This document shows positions 36,827 to 47,283 of a DNA stretch of 64,000 bases, one piece after another. Both the position numbers and the translations under genes were made by a program. Where the stretch lies: NCBI GenBank assembly GCA_044070495.1, contig JBIPSI010000012.1:32001-96000 (forward strand), in the 5' to 3' direction. The notes under the pieces were generated by a model that had not been told where the DNA came from, searched no databases, and worked only from the letters and a program-made list of their open reading frames with translations. The stretch's first letter is position 1. Every line of letters begins with the position of its first letter. The stretch comes from Spirulina sp. GTDB taxonomy: Bacteria > Cyanobacteriota > Cyanobacteriia > Phormidesmidales > Phormidesmidaceae.

Positions 36827-38104
36827 TTAGTGTGGGATGGGGGCGTTTGCGATCACGCCTACGGGAATGTCTGTCTTTTGGCCCTGCCGTTGGGGATGAC
36901 GTGCTATGGCCTCGCGGTAGATCTGTTCCTGTAGTTGCCCAATCGTGGCCCGGTTGTAGTGGGTGAGGATGCGTTCACGGGCGGCGTGGCCCAGGCGCAT
37001 CCGCAGGGTAGGATCGTGCAACAACTCGCCCACCGCCGTTGCTATGGCCTGGGGGTTTTGCGGGTTGACCAACCGTCCTACGGCACCCTGATCCAGCATT
37101 TCCACCATGCCCCCGGCGGTGCTGCCGACAATGCCACGGGCGGCGGCCATCGCCTCTAGGCATACCCCAGGAAAGTTCTCCCAGCGGCTCGGAAAAACGC
37201 AGATATCGGTTTCGGCTAGCAATTGGGGAATCGCGGTCAGGGGGACGGCCCCGGTAAATTCAAGCTGCCCCCGATGGCGATGGAGCCGCTTGAGAAGATA
37301 CTGCTCCATATCTAAACCGGGCACTGGCGAAGGCCAAGCCGCACCGACCAAGCGAAACTGCGTCTTGGGATGGTGGCGCAGAATTTGGGGGATGGCCGCC
37401 GCCAGTTCCAACACCCCCTTGCGCACCTCCATCCGACCGATAAAGGTGACGCGATTCGTCTGGGTCGCCACAGGAATCTCCAGCAGATCCGGGGCGGGCA
37501 GGTAGGGGTTGGGCACCACGCGAATGCGGTCGGGGTTGATCTGCCAGGTCTGCGTCAACGCTTGCCCCAACGCCTGGGAGGGTGTAGTAATTAAATCGGC
37601 CTTGAGGGTTTGCCTCCGTTCTGGGTCGGTTGCTGGATCGTAGTCGGGCCTCGACAACAGTGAGGGCATCTGCCCCCGTCGCAAGGCCCCCACCACTCGC
37701 CGCCCCTGCATTCCCACAGTGGGCGGCACGTAATTCACCTGCCGAATTAAATAGGTGGGCGTGTGGAGCTTCACCACCAGGGGCACCTCCGGCACCAACG
37801 CCGTAATGCCCTGGGATTCGGCCCCAATTTCAGGACTTTCGACCACCTCAAATCGGGCCTCTTGATGGCGTTCCGCAAACACCGGGGCCACGGCGGCCAC
37901 AAAGGCAGCCCGGTTTTGGCAATGTACGCGATGCACCAGAATGTTGTGCTCTAAAACGGCTCCTTGCCGATGGTCACTGCCCGCAAACACCTCCACCCGA
38001 TGGCCTCGCTGCTGCATGAGTTGGGCGATTTGCAGGGTGTAGGTGGCAATTCCCCCAACGGCGGTATCGGGGGGATATTCGTAGCTAATCAGGGCAATTT
38101 TCAT
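36827..38104 (-). CDS. GT4 glycosyltransferase
   Basis: ISYEYPP...GGIATY, GRMEVRKG, PSRWENFPGVCLEAM. Confidence 0.92.
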   Translation of the reverse strand: MKIALISYEYPPDTAVGGIATYTLQIAQLMQQRGHRVEVFAGSDHRQGAVLEHNILVHRVHCQNRAAFVAAVAPVFAERHQEARFEVVESPEIGAESQGITALVPEVPLVVKLHTPTYLIRQVNYVPPTVGMQGRRVVGALRRGQMPSLLSRPDYDPATDPERRQTLKADLITTPSQALGQALTQTWQINPDRIRVVPNPYLPAPDLLEIPVATQTNRVTFIGRMEVRKGVLELAAAIPQILRHHPKTQFRLVGAAWPSPVPGLDMEQYLLKRLHRHRGQLEFTGAVPLTAIPQLLAETDICVFPSRWENFPGVCLEAMAAARGIVGSTAGGMVEMLDQGAVGRLVNPQNPQAIATAVGELLHDPTLRMRLGHAARERILTHYNRATIGQLQEQIYREAIARHPQRQGQKTDIPVGVIANAPIPH

Positions 38105-38904
38105 GGGGCCACAAAGATATGTTTAAACTGTCGCAACAGGGCAAAAATCGGTTCTGGCAACAGGTGGTAAAGGGCAAAATACAGGTGGTAGTAGCCAATT
38201 AAAAATTCTGTAAATACATCCGCCTGCTTCTTAAGAATGGTTTGTTCTAGCGGGGTATTGGGTTGTGCTTCTAACCCTAGATAGTTTAGACACTGCAATA
38301 AGCTCTCAGACTGATTCTGGACTAGGGTTTCGTAGGAAAGCTGAATGACGTTCTGTGGATATCGAGCAAAAAAATCGTGCCAGTATTGCTCACGATCCTT
38401 AACTCGCCGTAGGGCTGTCTTGAGATAAAAAGGCGTGACCTGGGTTAACCAACTAGGCCGCTTAGCCTGTCCAGCATGATGTTTTTCCCAAGCATCAGTA
38501 TATTCTGCTCGGCTGAGGGAAACGGCCTGCCGTAGCTTGTCTTCCCGTGTCATAAAAATAAAGGATACGTTAGGAAAAACTTTGCCAATCAGGTCAATCT
38601 CCGACAGCGAAGGATCGGGATAGAGTCGTCTTAATTCCCGCAGCAGAATGTCAAAATGATTCTGCATCAGCTTAACGCCGCTCACCCCATTATCTGACGC
38701 TCTTTGGGTGAGTTCTGATTGAATGACACCAATCAAATCAATGGATGGCTCCTCCTCGACGGTTTCCAGGGTAGAAATCAGGAATTCTTTGGGCTTTCCC
38801 GCCAGGTTAGTATTGCTTAAAAGACTGCATAAAAGTGTGCTTCCACTGCGTTGGGTGGCACAGATGATATAGGTACGCTTGAGCTTATTTGATACGGATT
38901 CCAT
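38101..38904 (-). CDS. Stf0-family sulfotransferase
   Basis: ICATQRSGSTLL (PAPS loop), AGKPKEF, GVKLM, REDKLRQAVS, YETL, LKKQ. Confidence 0.85.
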   Translation of the reverse strand: MESVSNKLKRTYIICATQRSGSTLLCSLLSNTNLAGKPKEFLISTLETVEEEPSIDLIGVIQSELTQRASDNGVSGVKLMQNHFDILLRELRRLYPDPSLSEIDLIGKVFPNVSFIFMTREDKLRQAVSLSRAEYTDAWEKHHAGQAKRPSWLTQVTPFYLKTALRRVKDREQYWHDFFARYPQNVIQLSYETLVQNQSESLLQCLNYLGLEAQPNTPLEQTILKKQADVFTEFLIGYYHLYFALYHLLPEPIFALLRQFKHIFVAP

Positions 38905-38968
38905 GGGGTTTACCTGTGAATAGATGGGAGGCTTGGAGTTGTAAGATGCGGGACGGCCTAGGTTTATT

Positions 38969-39233
38969 GCCCTCACCCTAAATCCCGATCCCTGAGGACT
39001 ATCGCTTATCCATAAGTTTCTATTCCTCTGGATTCCTAGGGTTGATCCCCCCTAGCCCCCCTTAAAAAGGGGGGAACTGGATTCAAAGTCCCCCTTTTTA
39101 AGGGGGATTTAGAGGGATCTCTAAGGACTTGTGGCATGCAAACAAGATTTGTATAAGCTGTAGCTCTGAGGGAGAGGAACTTTGAAAATCTGGTTCCCCT
39201 TCTCCCCTAGGGAGAAGGGGTTAGGGGATGAGG
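38969..39233. repeat. Nested repeat: a GATCCCCC...GGGATC double hairpin (39044-39119) inside a CCCTCACCC...GATGAGGG element
   Basis: Outer ends match the 880-970 family; the inner unit matches 45642-45721. Confidence 0.7.
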
Positions 39234-39336
39234 GCAATAAACTGACTTAAGAGGGATGCAACGGTAAGAATATTCTGGTGTCTGGTGGCCTATCAGATAG
39301 TCCTTTCATGGTATTTCTATAGCAAATTTGGCCTCC

Positions 39337-40614
39337 TTATTGAGTTAACACTAGGGGTTGAGAAACTGAGTTGAAGCTGATTTCGGGCTGTAGTAGAGCG
39401 GTGCCGAAATCGCTGTAGGTGAAGGGTACGCCATCGGTGTAGTAAATGCGGGAGGGTAGCTCGAAATCGACGGGGTATTCTAGGGAGGCAATGCATTCTA
39501 CCTTGGGACGAACCAACTCAAAGGAAACGAGATAGGTGCCTCCGGCTAGGATTTTGCTGATGTTGGGATAGTAGAAGGTTTGGGTGATGGTGCCCTGAAA
39601 CGGTGGCAGCAGTTGGCGATGCAGTCGTGGCCCAATAAAGGACACCCGTACCCCCGTTTCTGTGGATAAAATCACCGAAACACCAATGCCCTGTTGTACC
39701 TGTTCAGAGGTGATGTCTACCGAGACTTCTAGGTCGAGTTCTGCCCCGTTTTCAATCAGTCGAGTTCTAGCCCCAGACAGGCCCATGCGGTGGGTTTTTG
39801 AAAAGACCGAGCTGTTGACATTTTCGGACTGAAACTGCCCAAAGGAATCCACATACTGCTTCAACCCTTCGTGGGTAGAGCCGTAGAACATTAAGGTGCC
39901 CTGGTTCAGCAATAGGGACTTAGTACAGAGCCGCTCTACCGTGGCCAGGTGGTGGCTGACGAATAATACCGTGCGTCCGGCTTTGCCCACTTCCTCCATT
40001 TTGCCGAGGCACTTTTTCTGGAAGGCCATGTCGCCCACCGCCAAGACTTCATCTACCACGAGAATCTCCGGTTCTAGGTGGGCCGCCACCGCAAAGGCCA
40101 GCCGCACATACATCCCGGAGGAGTAACGCTTAACAGGAGTATCGAGAAATTTTTCGATTTCGGCAAAGGCCACAATTTCATCAAACTTGCGGCGAATTTC
40201 GGCCTTGCCCATGCCTAAAATGGCCCCATTCAGAAAAATATTCTCCCGCCCCGACAGTTCTGGATGAAAGCCCGTACCCACCTCTAGCAAACTGGCGACC
40301 CTACCCCGCAGACCGATGCGTCCGGTGGTGGGTTCGGTAATGCGGCTGAGAATTTTTAGCAGGGTGGATTTGCCTGCCCCGTTGCGGCCAATAATGCCGA
40401 GACGATCTCCCTGATTAACCGCAAAGCTGACATCATTCAAAGCCCAGAAACCATCCTCTGGGGTTTCAGCCACCCGTCGCCGCCGAGTCAGCCCCCGTCG
40501 CATTTGCCGCAACTGTCGGGCGAGGGTATCTCGCATGGACTGATACTTTTCGGGGCTGCGACCGAGTTTGTAGTATTTACCGAGATTTTCGACGGTGATG
40601 ATGGGGTGGGTCAT
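39337..40614 (-). CDS. wzt: Polysaccharide ABC transporter ATP-binding protein (Wzt-type, C-terminal extension)
   Basis: GRNGAGKST, LLEVGTGFHPELSGREN, YSSGMYVRLAF, VDEVLAVGD. Confidence 0.92.
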   Translation of the reverse strand: MTHPIITVENLGKYYKLGRSPEKYQSMRDTLARQLRQMRRGLTRRRRVAETPEDGFWALNDVSFAVNQGDRLGIIGRNGAGKSTLLKILSRITEPTTGRIGLRGRVASLLEVGTGFHPELSGRENIFLNGAILGMGKAEIRRKFDEIVAFAEIEKFLDTPVKRYSSGMYVRLAFAVAAHLEPEILVVDEVLAVGDMAFQKKCLGKMEEVGKAGRTVLFVSHHLATVERLCTKSLLLNQGTLMFYGSTHEGLKQYVDSFGQFQSENVNSSVFSKTHRMGLSGARTRLIENGAELDLEVSVDITSEQVQQGIGVSVILSTETGVRVSFIGPRLHRQLLPPFQGTITQTFYYPNISKILAGGTYLVSFELVRPKVECIASLEYPVDFELPSRIYYTDGVPFTYSDFGTALLQPEISFNSVSQPLVLTQ

Positions 40615-40760
40615 GGGGGGTGGGGAAGGTGAAGGGGTGGAAGGTGGAAGGTGGAGGGGTGGAAGGTGAAGGGGTGGAAGGTGAAGGGGTGGAAGGTGGA
40701 AGGTGGAAGGTGGAGGGGTGGAAGGTGAAGGGGTGGAAGGTGGAAGGTGGAGGGGTGGAA
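40615..40760. repeat. GGTGGAA / GGTGAAGG heptamer-based tandem tract
   Basis: Read directly; abuts the REP at 40764. Confidence 0.9.
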
Positions 40761-40847
40761 TCCGTAGGGTGGGCACTGCCCACCAGTTTTGAACCATGGC
40801 CCTGGGAGAGCCTCAACACATGGCGCTGGGAGGGGCAAAATCCAGGG

Positions 40848-41678
40848 TTAAATCACGTCGGCAAAGGTGCGTTCGTAGGCGCGGAAGTACCGAATGCCGT
40901 ACCAGAGGAAGAACACCACCAGGCCGACCGACACCAGGAAGCCCGGTAGGTAGATCTGGGATTCGCCGCCGAGGATGGCCCAGCGGAAGCCGTCAATCAC
41001 TCCGGCCATGGGGTTGAGGGAATAGAGCCAGCGCCACTGGGCCGGGACGACGGCACTACTGAAGCCGACCGGGGAAATATAGAGGCCGAACTGCAAAATA
41101 AAGGGCACCACGTAGCGGAAGTCGCGGTATTTGACATTCAGGGTGGCGAGCAGCAGCCCGACTCCCATGGCGGCGGCGAAGGCAATGGCGATGAAGAAGG
41201 GCAGGGTGATGATGCGCCAACTGGGCACAAAGTGATAGACCACCATCAGCCCCAGCAGAATGAAGCCGGAGATGAAGAAATCCACCAGGCTGACGATGAC
41301 GGCACTGGTGGGGATGACTAGGCGGGGAAAGTACACCTTCGAGATCAGGTTGGAGTTGGAAATCAGGCTATTGCTGCATTCCGATAGGGCATTGGCGAAA
41401 AACTGCCAGGGCAGCATTCCGGCAAACACCAGAATCGGGTAGGGCACCCCATCGGAGGGAAGCTGGGCAATTTTGCCAAACACCACGGTAAACACCACCA
41501 TGGTTAAAAAGGGGCGAATCAAGGCCCAGACAATGCCGATGGCGGTTTGCTTGTAGCGCACCAAAATATCGCGCCAGGCCAAAAAGTAAAACAGTTCCCG
41601 GTAGCGCCACAGGTCTTGCCAGTACTGACGCTGGGCGCGTCCGGCGGTGATCACAAGTTCGGCGGATGGGTAGGGCAT
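40848..41678 (-). CDS. wzm: Polysaccharide ABC transporter permease (Wzm-type)
   Basis: DLWRYRELFYFLAWRDILVRYKQT, KVYFPR, LNPMAGVIDGFR. Confidence 0.93.
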   Translation of the reverse strand: MPYPSAELVITAGRAQRQYWQDLWRYRELFYFLAWRDILVRYKQTAIGIVWALIRPFLTMVVFTVVFGKIAQLPSDGVPYPILVFAGMLPWQFFANALSECSNSLISNSNLISKVYFPRLVIPTSAVIVSLVDFFISGFILLGLMVVYHFVPSWRIITLPFFIAIAFAAAMGVGLLLATLNVKYRDFRYVVPFILQFGLYISPVGFSSAVVPAQWRWLYSLNPMAGVIDGFRWAILGGESQIYLPGFLVSVGLVVFFLWYGIRYFRAYERTFADVI

Positions 41679-41971
41679 AGTCAGGGCCTTGAGAGGACTC
41701 TGTTCCCACGGTGGCGTGGGCATGATTGCGATCATGTCCACGCTTTCGTTCATCTTCAAAAGCCTTCATCCCGCCGCTGAATCGCCTACGCAGATCTACG
41801 GAAGTTCCATAATTCTCAAGGTTTCAGCCCCCCCTTTAAGCGGATTCAGTCCCTCCTTTCAGGAAGAAAGAAACAGGCCCAATCTGCAAAACGGATGGGA
41901 GAAATTCCTCTCTCCCGTAGGGTGGGCACTGCCCACCACCCACCCACCGCGCTACGTTCAGGGATCTCACT

Positions 41972-43273
41972 ATGACCGCTATACTGCCTCACCCTCAATT
42001 TGGCTTGTTTGCCCCTGGTATTGGCGGGCGAGGAGACCTCGCCCCTACGGTTGGTCGGGCTGGGAAGCGGAGTTCCCAAATTTGGATGGGGTCTCGCCAC
42101 CGTTCCAGCCTCTACCACTCGCTCCATCGCTGGTGCCTTCCGCTGTATGGATCACTCCTGGCCCTCTACGGCTTCACCCTGCCAGCCCAAGCCGTCACCA
42201 TGGGCGAAGCCACCGCCCAGAGCCAGCCCCTCTACCCGGACGATGCCCTTTATCCCGACGATCCTCTGCCGAACCGGATGCCATCCCTACGGCCCCTGGA
42301 ACCGGCGGAACCGACGGCACTGGATGGCCCGCTCGTCTATCCCCTCGACGACTACCGCCTGACGGTGGGCGACATCATTTACATGATTGTTGCCAATGTG
42401 CCCGACTACAGCGGCACCTTCCAGGTGATGCCCGATGGATCGCTGAACTTGCCCGTGCTGGGGCGAGTGGAAGCCTGGGGCAAAACCCTGACCGAAGTGG
42501 AGCAGGTCATTACCGAGGCCTACACCACCGCCGAAATTCTGGTGGCACCCCGCATCACCGTTACCCTGTCTCAGATCAGCCCTCTGCGGATTGCGGTGAT
42601 TGGGGAAGTCACCCGTCCCGGCACCTATGCCCTCTCCCCGGATCAGGGCAAGCTGCCGACCGTCGCCATTGCCTTGGATGCGGCGGGGGGCATTACCCAG
42701 CGCACCGACCTGCGCTCGATTCAGGTGCGCCGAGTCAGCCCCAGCAATCGCCAGCAGGAAACCCTCACCGTTAGCCTGTGGGATGTGCTGACCCAGGGAG
42801 ACCGCAATCAGAATATTTCCCTGCGGGATGGCGACACGATTGTGGTGCCGAGGGCAGACCCCATTGCCATTGCAGACTCGCGGGAAATGGCTCGGTCTAC
42901 CTTTTCGTCGGGCCAGATTCGGGTCAACCTGGTGGGCGAAATTGCCAGCCCTGGGGTGATGGAAGTGCCCCCCGACACCTCGCTCTCGGAAGCGTTGCTG
43001 CTAGCCGGAAACTTTACCAACCGCTCCCGACGGGTGGATGTCCAACTGGTTCGCCTCAACCCCGATGGCACCGTGACCCAGCGCACCCTACCCGTCGATT
43101 TTGCCAGCGCCATCAACGACGATACCAATCCCCTGCTGCAAGACCGGGATGTGATTTTGGTGGGGCGCAACTGGTCAGCCTCCCTAAGCGACTCCATTGG
43201 CACCGTGCTGCAACCCCTGAGTGGGGCGTCTTCGCTGTTGAACCTGTTCCTGCCGTTTCTGTTACTTCGCTAA
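41972..43273 (+). CDS. Polysaccharide export protein (Wza-like, Poly_export + SLBB domains); start uncertain
   Basis: DYRLTVGD, MPDGSLNLP, IGEVTRPG, AGGIT, LRDGDTI. Confidence 0.85.
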   Translation: MTAILPHPQFGLFAPGIGGRGDLAPTVGRAGKRSSQIWMGSRHRSSLYHSLHRWCLPLYGSLLALYGFTLPAQAVTMGEATAQSQPLYPDDALYPDDPLPNRMPSLRPLEPAEPTALDGPLVYPLDDYRLTVGDIIYMIVANVPDYSGTFQVMPDGSLNLPVLGRVEAWGKTLTEVEQVITEAYTTAEILVAPRITVTLSQISPLRIAVIGEVTRPGTYALSPDQGKLPTVAIALDAAGGITQRTDLRSIQVRRVSPSNRQQETLTVSLWDVLTQGDRNQNISLRDGDTIVVPRADPIAIADSREMARSTFSSGQIRVNLVGEIASPGVMEVPPDTSLSEALLLAGNFTNRSRRVDVQLVRLNPDGTVTQRTLPVDFASAINDDTNPLLQDRDVILVGRNWSASLSDSIGTVLQPLSGASSLLNLFLPFLLLR

Positions 43274-43315
43274 GTTACTTCGCTAAGCCAACCTGCGGGT
43301 GTCTCCCCATCTACC

Positions 43316-45613
43316 ATGACCCACGATCTCGACATTACGACCCAACCCTCGCCCCCCATGTCGCCTATGGCGGGCACCGACTCCGGCCTGATGGGCACGG
43401 TGCTGGGCGTGGTGCGCCGCAAACTCTGGCTGATGCTGACCCTAGGATTGGCCATGGGGGCGATTTCGGTGGTTCAGAATGCCCAGGTGGTGCCTGTTTA
43501 TCAGAGCAGCTTTCGTCTGCTGGTGGAGCCGGTGAGGGATCAAAAAAATCTCTCCCGCCTAACGGATAGCCAACAGGGCGGCACCAAACAGGAGTTAGAC
43601 TACACGACCCAAATCGAGGTGCTGCTCAGCCCCGAAGTGCTTGAGCCGATTCTGGCGCAGGCGACGGATCGCTATCCCGACGTGAGTTATGGCGGCGTGA
43701 TTGGCAAGCTTTCGGTCTATCGCCTAGGGGAAACCAAAATTTTGGAGGTGAAGTATACCCACAGCAACCCGGATCGGGTGAAGGCGCTGCTGGAGGTTGT
43801 TGCCCAGGGATACCTAGAGTACAGCCTAGAATCCCAGCGTTCGCAACTGTTGCAGGGCATCGCCTTTGTGGATGAACGCATTCCCCTCATGCAACAGCGG
43901 GTGAACGATTTACAGCAAAATATCCAGAACCTACAACAAACCTACCAGTTCCTAGAACCCGACGACTTCGCCGCCGACCTGTTTGATCGCACCTCAGGCA
44001 TTACCAGCGCCCGACAGGCCCTACGGGATGAATTCATTGCCCTAGAGGCCCAGTACAACGCGCTCCTCGATCAGGCCAGTGCCTCGGCCACCCTGCGCCA
44101 GTCTGAGGCCTACGAAACCCTGCGCCAGGAATACCAAGTGCTGCGCCAGCAACTCGCCATCGAGTCGGCCCGCTTTGGCCCCAATAGCCCCACCATTCAG
44201 CTCATCCAGCGGCAGCAGGAAAACCTGGCCCCCCTCCTCTTTGAAGAAGCCGAGCGAGTGATTCAAGACCAGATTGCCCAGGTGATGGGCAGCATGGAGG
44301 TGATCGCCGCCCGTGATGAGGAGCTAGCGGCCACCGAAGCGGCCCTGCAAAGCCAAATTCAAGCGGTGCCGGGGGTATCTCGCAGCTACCAAGAACTACA
44401 GCGGGAGCTAATGCTGGCCTCCAACAGCCTGACCCGCTTCCAGGAAACGAAGGAAATTCTACAAATCCAGGCCTCCCAAAATGAAATTCCCTGGGAACTG
44501 ATTACTCCGCCCACCGACGCCCGCCGTAAACCCGGCACCTCTCCGATCAAAGCCTTGATGACGGGGTTTGCCATGGGAGCCGTTCTAGGGCTAGCCCTGG
44601 GCTACCTGATCGAAAAGCTGGCCAACACCTACTACACCCTCGACGACATCAAAAGGAAGGTGCCCCTGCCCGTTCTGGGGGCGATTCCCCTGTACCCCGA
44701 ACTAATGGATGCCCAGCCCGAAGCCCATGTGGTAGACCTGCGGCCAGAGACCGCCGCCACCTCCCTCGCCGCCGATGCAGAGGCCCTCAAAGCTCAGCTC
44801 AAGAGCATCATCAGCCCCAAACTCGGCAACTGGCAGGATTATGTCCTGGAGAAAAAGGCCGCTGACCCGATTCCGTTAGGCTTGGCCGAGACAGATGCCC
44901 AGGCTCCCACCTCGGCAAAATCCGCGAAATCCGATCCGTCCTCCGATTCGCCCTCCCCCGCCGACCGCTGGCTGATGGAATACGACAGCTACGGTTTTCT
45001 GGAAGCCTTTCGGGCCTTGCACGCTAACCTGGAGCCCTTCGCCCTGCGATCCCTCGTGGTCACCTCGGCCCTCCCCGGTGAGGGATCGACCACCGTGGCC
45101 GTACACCTGGTACAGGCCGCCGCCGCCATGGAAAAGCGCGTGCTGTTGGTGGATGGTCAGTTTCGCCGGGGGGGCACTCGGCTGAGTTCCCTACTGGGCA
45201 TTCGGGCGGAACCGGGCCTGAGCGACTACATCAACAACCGGGCCAGCCTCAACGACATTACCCAACGGTTGTCGTGGGAGTCGAATTTGTTTGCCATCAG
45301 TTCGGGTACCCCGTCTATGGACCCCACCCGGTTGCTGTCGTCGTCGCGCATGAAAGAACTGATGGCCCGCATGGAAAAAAACTTTGACCTGGTGGTCTAT
45401 ACCATGCCGCCCCTGATGGGTCTGGCCGATGTCAGTCTGGTGGCCTCGAAGACCAACGGCGTTCTCTTGGTCACCTCCCTCGGTCGCCGCCGCATTGCCG
45501 ATGCCCTCAACCGCACCCTAGAACGAATGCAGGTGGCGCGGGTGCCCATCATCGGGCTAGTGGTGAACCAGGTGAAGAACTACGCCGTAGATTTCTATGC
45601 CCGGTCGGGGTAG
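43316..45613 (+). CDS. Wzc/GumC-like chain-length determinant with a BY-kinase-like domain
   Basis: Two TM helices flanking a coiled coil, LPVLGAIP, EAFRAL, VTSALPGEGST, VLLVD. Confidence 0.88.
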   Translation: MTHDLDITTQPSPPMSPMAGTDSGLMGTVLGVVRRKLWLMLTLGLAMGAISVVQNAQVVPVYQSSFRLLVEPVRDQKNLSRLTDSQQGGTKQELDYTTQIEVLLSPEVLEPILAQATDRYPDVSYGGVIGKLSVYRLGETKILEVKYTHSNPDRVKALLEVVAQGYLEYSLESQRSQLLQGIAFVDERIPLMQQRVNDLQQNIQNLQQTYQFLEPDDFAADLFDRTSGITSARQALRDEFIALEAQYNALLDQASASATLRQSEAYETLRQEYQVLRQQLAIESARFGPNSPTIQLIQRQQENLAPLLFEEAERVIQDQIAQVMGSMEVIAARDEELAATEAALQSQIQAVPGVSRSYQELQRELMLASNSLTRFQETKEILQIQASQNEIPWELITPPTDARRKPGTSPIKALMTGFAMGAVLGLALGYLIEKLANTYYTLDDIKRKVPLPVLGAIPLYPELMDAQPEAHVVDLRPETAATSLAADAEALKAQLKSIISPKLGNWQDYVLEKKAADPIPLGLAETDAQAPTSAKSAKSDPSSDSPSPADRWLMEYDSYGFLEAFRALHANLEPFALRSLVVTSALPGEGSTTVAVHLVQAAAAMEKRVLLVDGQFRRGGTRLSSLLGIRAEPGLSDYINNRASLNDITQRLSWESNLFAISSGTPSMDPTRLLSSSRMKELMARMEKNFDLVVYTMPPLMGLADVSLVASKTNGVLLVTSLGRRRIADALNRTLERMQVARVPIIGLVVNQVKNYAVDFYARSG

Positions 45614-45905
45614 AAACCTGCGGGTGTATGCAACCGTTGGGGGATCCCCCCTGCCCCCCTTGGGAAGGGGGATCTGAGTCCGCCTCAAAGTCCCCCTTCC
45701 CAAGGGGGATTTAGGGGGATCCCCAGCCTGAGCCGTTAGTCCCCCAAGCCCTGGATACGCCCGACACCTGCGGGTATGGGCTGACTTGTCTTCGGCATCA
45801 ACGGGCAAGGAAACCTCGCCCCTACGTTTTGCCTAAATGGTTGGGCAAACGTGATCGCAAACATCCGACCCGCACCATAGAAATCATGCCGCACCGGATC
45901 TCCCT

Positions 45906-47273
45906 ATGACGTTGGCCGCCTCTCAGACCGAAAAGCTATCCCCGTCTGGATCTTCTGATCCCCAGCCCTTGCCCCGTCGCGTGCTGATCGTCAGCCCCCA
46001 CTTTCCGCCGATCAATGCGCCCGATCACCAGCGCATTCGCACCGCCTTGCCCTACCTCAGCGAATTTGGCTGGGAGGCCGAAATCCTCACCGTTTCCCCA
46101 AAAGAAGTCCCCCATCCCCAGGATGATCTGCTGCAGCAAGCCCTGCCGGAATCCCTAGCAGTCCACACCGTCAATGCCTTGCCGAAGCGGCTAACCAAGC
46201 TGGTGGGCCTAGGGAATGTGGGCTGGCGTTGTTTGCCCTACCTGGCCCAGGCCGGAAATCAGCTTTTAGCGCAGCAATCCTTCGATTTAGTCTTTTTTTC
46301 GACCACCATCTTTCCGGTGATGATTTTGGGGCCTTACTGGCGGCGGCGGTTTGGCGTTCCCTTTGTGGTGGATTTTCAAGACCCCTGGCGCGTGGAGGCC
46401 GCCCCCGCCGGACAACACCGCCCCGGTGGACGCCTCAAATACGCCCTGGATAAAGCCCTCGCCGCCTTTTGGGAACCCAGGGTGATGTGGCAGGTCAGCC
46501 AGGTGATTTCGGTCTCCCCCGCCTATCCCAAAACCTTGCAGCGCCACTATCCCTGGCTCCAGGCCTATCAGCTTACGGTGCTGCCCTTTGGTGCCCCGGA
46601 GGCAGATTTTGATCGGTTGCCCCATCTACCTATTTGTCAGACCCACTTCAATCCCCAGGATGGCCGCCAGCATTGGGTTTACGTGGGTCGGGGTGGGCCA
46701 GATATGGCCCTGGCGTTGCGCGGCCTGTTTTTGGGCCTAAAGCAATGGCGATGCCAAGACCCAAACCTGCACCAGCGGCTCCACCTTCACTTCGTCGGCA
46801 CTAGCTACGCCCCCGCTGGGCAAGGCACCCCAACCATTCAGCCCATCGCCACGGCCTGCGGCGTCGATGACCTCGTCACCGAGCATCCCCAACGCATCCC
46901 CTACTTTGAGGCCCAAAGGCTGCTCACCGACAGCGATGTCATCCTGCTGATTGGTTCCGCCGACCCCCAATACACGGCCTCCAAGCTCTACCCAGCCATT
47001 TTGGCGAAAAAGCCGATGTTGGCCATTTTCCATCAAGCCAGCTCCGTCGTAGACATTCTGCACCAAACCCAAGCGGGCCAAGCCGTCACCTTTGATGAAC
47101 ACACCGACCCCGCCCACCTTGCGGAGCAAGTGATTCCCCACCTGAAAACCTTACTAGACCACCCTCAAAACACCCCACCGCCCACCGATTGGCAGGCCTT
47201 CGCGCCCTACACCGCCCACACCATGACCCAAACCCTATGCCGAGTGTTTGACCAAGCGGTTCCCTCTCCCTAA
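45906..47273 (+). CDS. GT-B fold glycosyltransferase
   Basis: VSPHFPPINAPD, DFQDPW, YVGRGG, YTASKLYP. Confidence 0.8.
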   Translation: MTLAASQTEKLSPSGSSDPQPLPRRVLIVSPHFPPINAPDHQRIRTALPYLSEFGWEAEILTVSPKEVPHPQDDLLQQALPESLAVHTVNALPKRLTKLVGLGNVGWRCLPYLAQAGNQLLAQQSFDLVFFSTTIFPVMILGPYWRRRFGVPFVVDFQDPWRVEAAPAGQHRPGGRLKYALDKALAAFWEPRVMWQVSQVISVSPAYPKTLQRHYPWLQAYQLTVLPFGAPEADFDRLPHLPICQTHFNPQDGRQHWVYVGRGGPDMALALRGLFLGLKQWRCQDPNLHQRLHLHFVGTSYAPAGQGTPTIQPIATACGVDDLVTEHPQRIPYFEAQRLLTDSDVILLIGSADPQYTASKLYPAILAKKPMLAIFHQASSVVDILHQTQAGQAVTFDEHTDPAHLAEQVIPHLKTLLDHPQNTPPPTDWQAFAPYTAHTMTQTLCRVFDQAVPSP

Positions 47274-47283
47274 CGCCCAAACC

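Noticed and set aside
40577..40949. Low-complexity ORFs (PSTFHP / VEGG repeats)
   Set aside because: They are translations of the heptamer tract and REP, with no protein-family signal.
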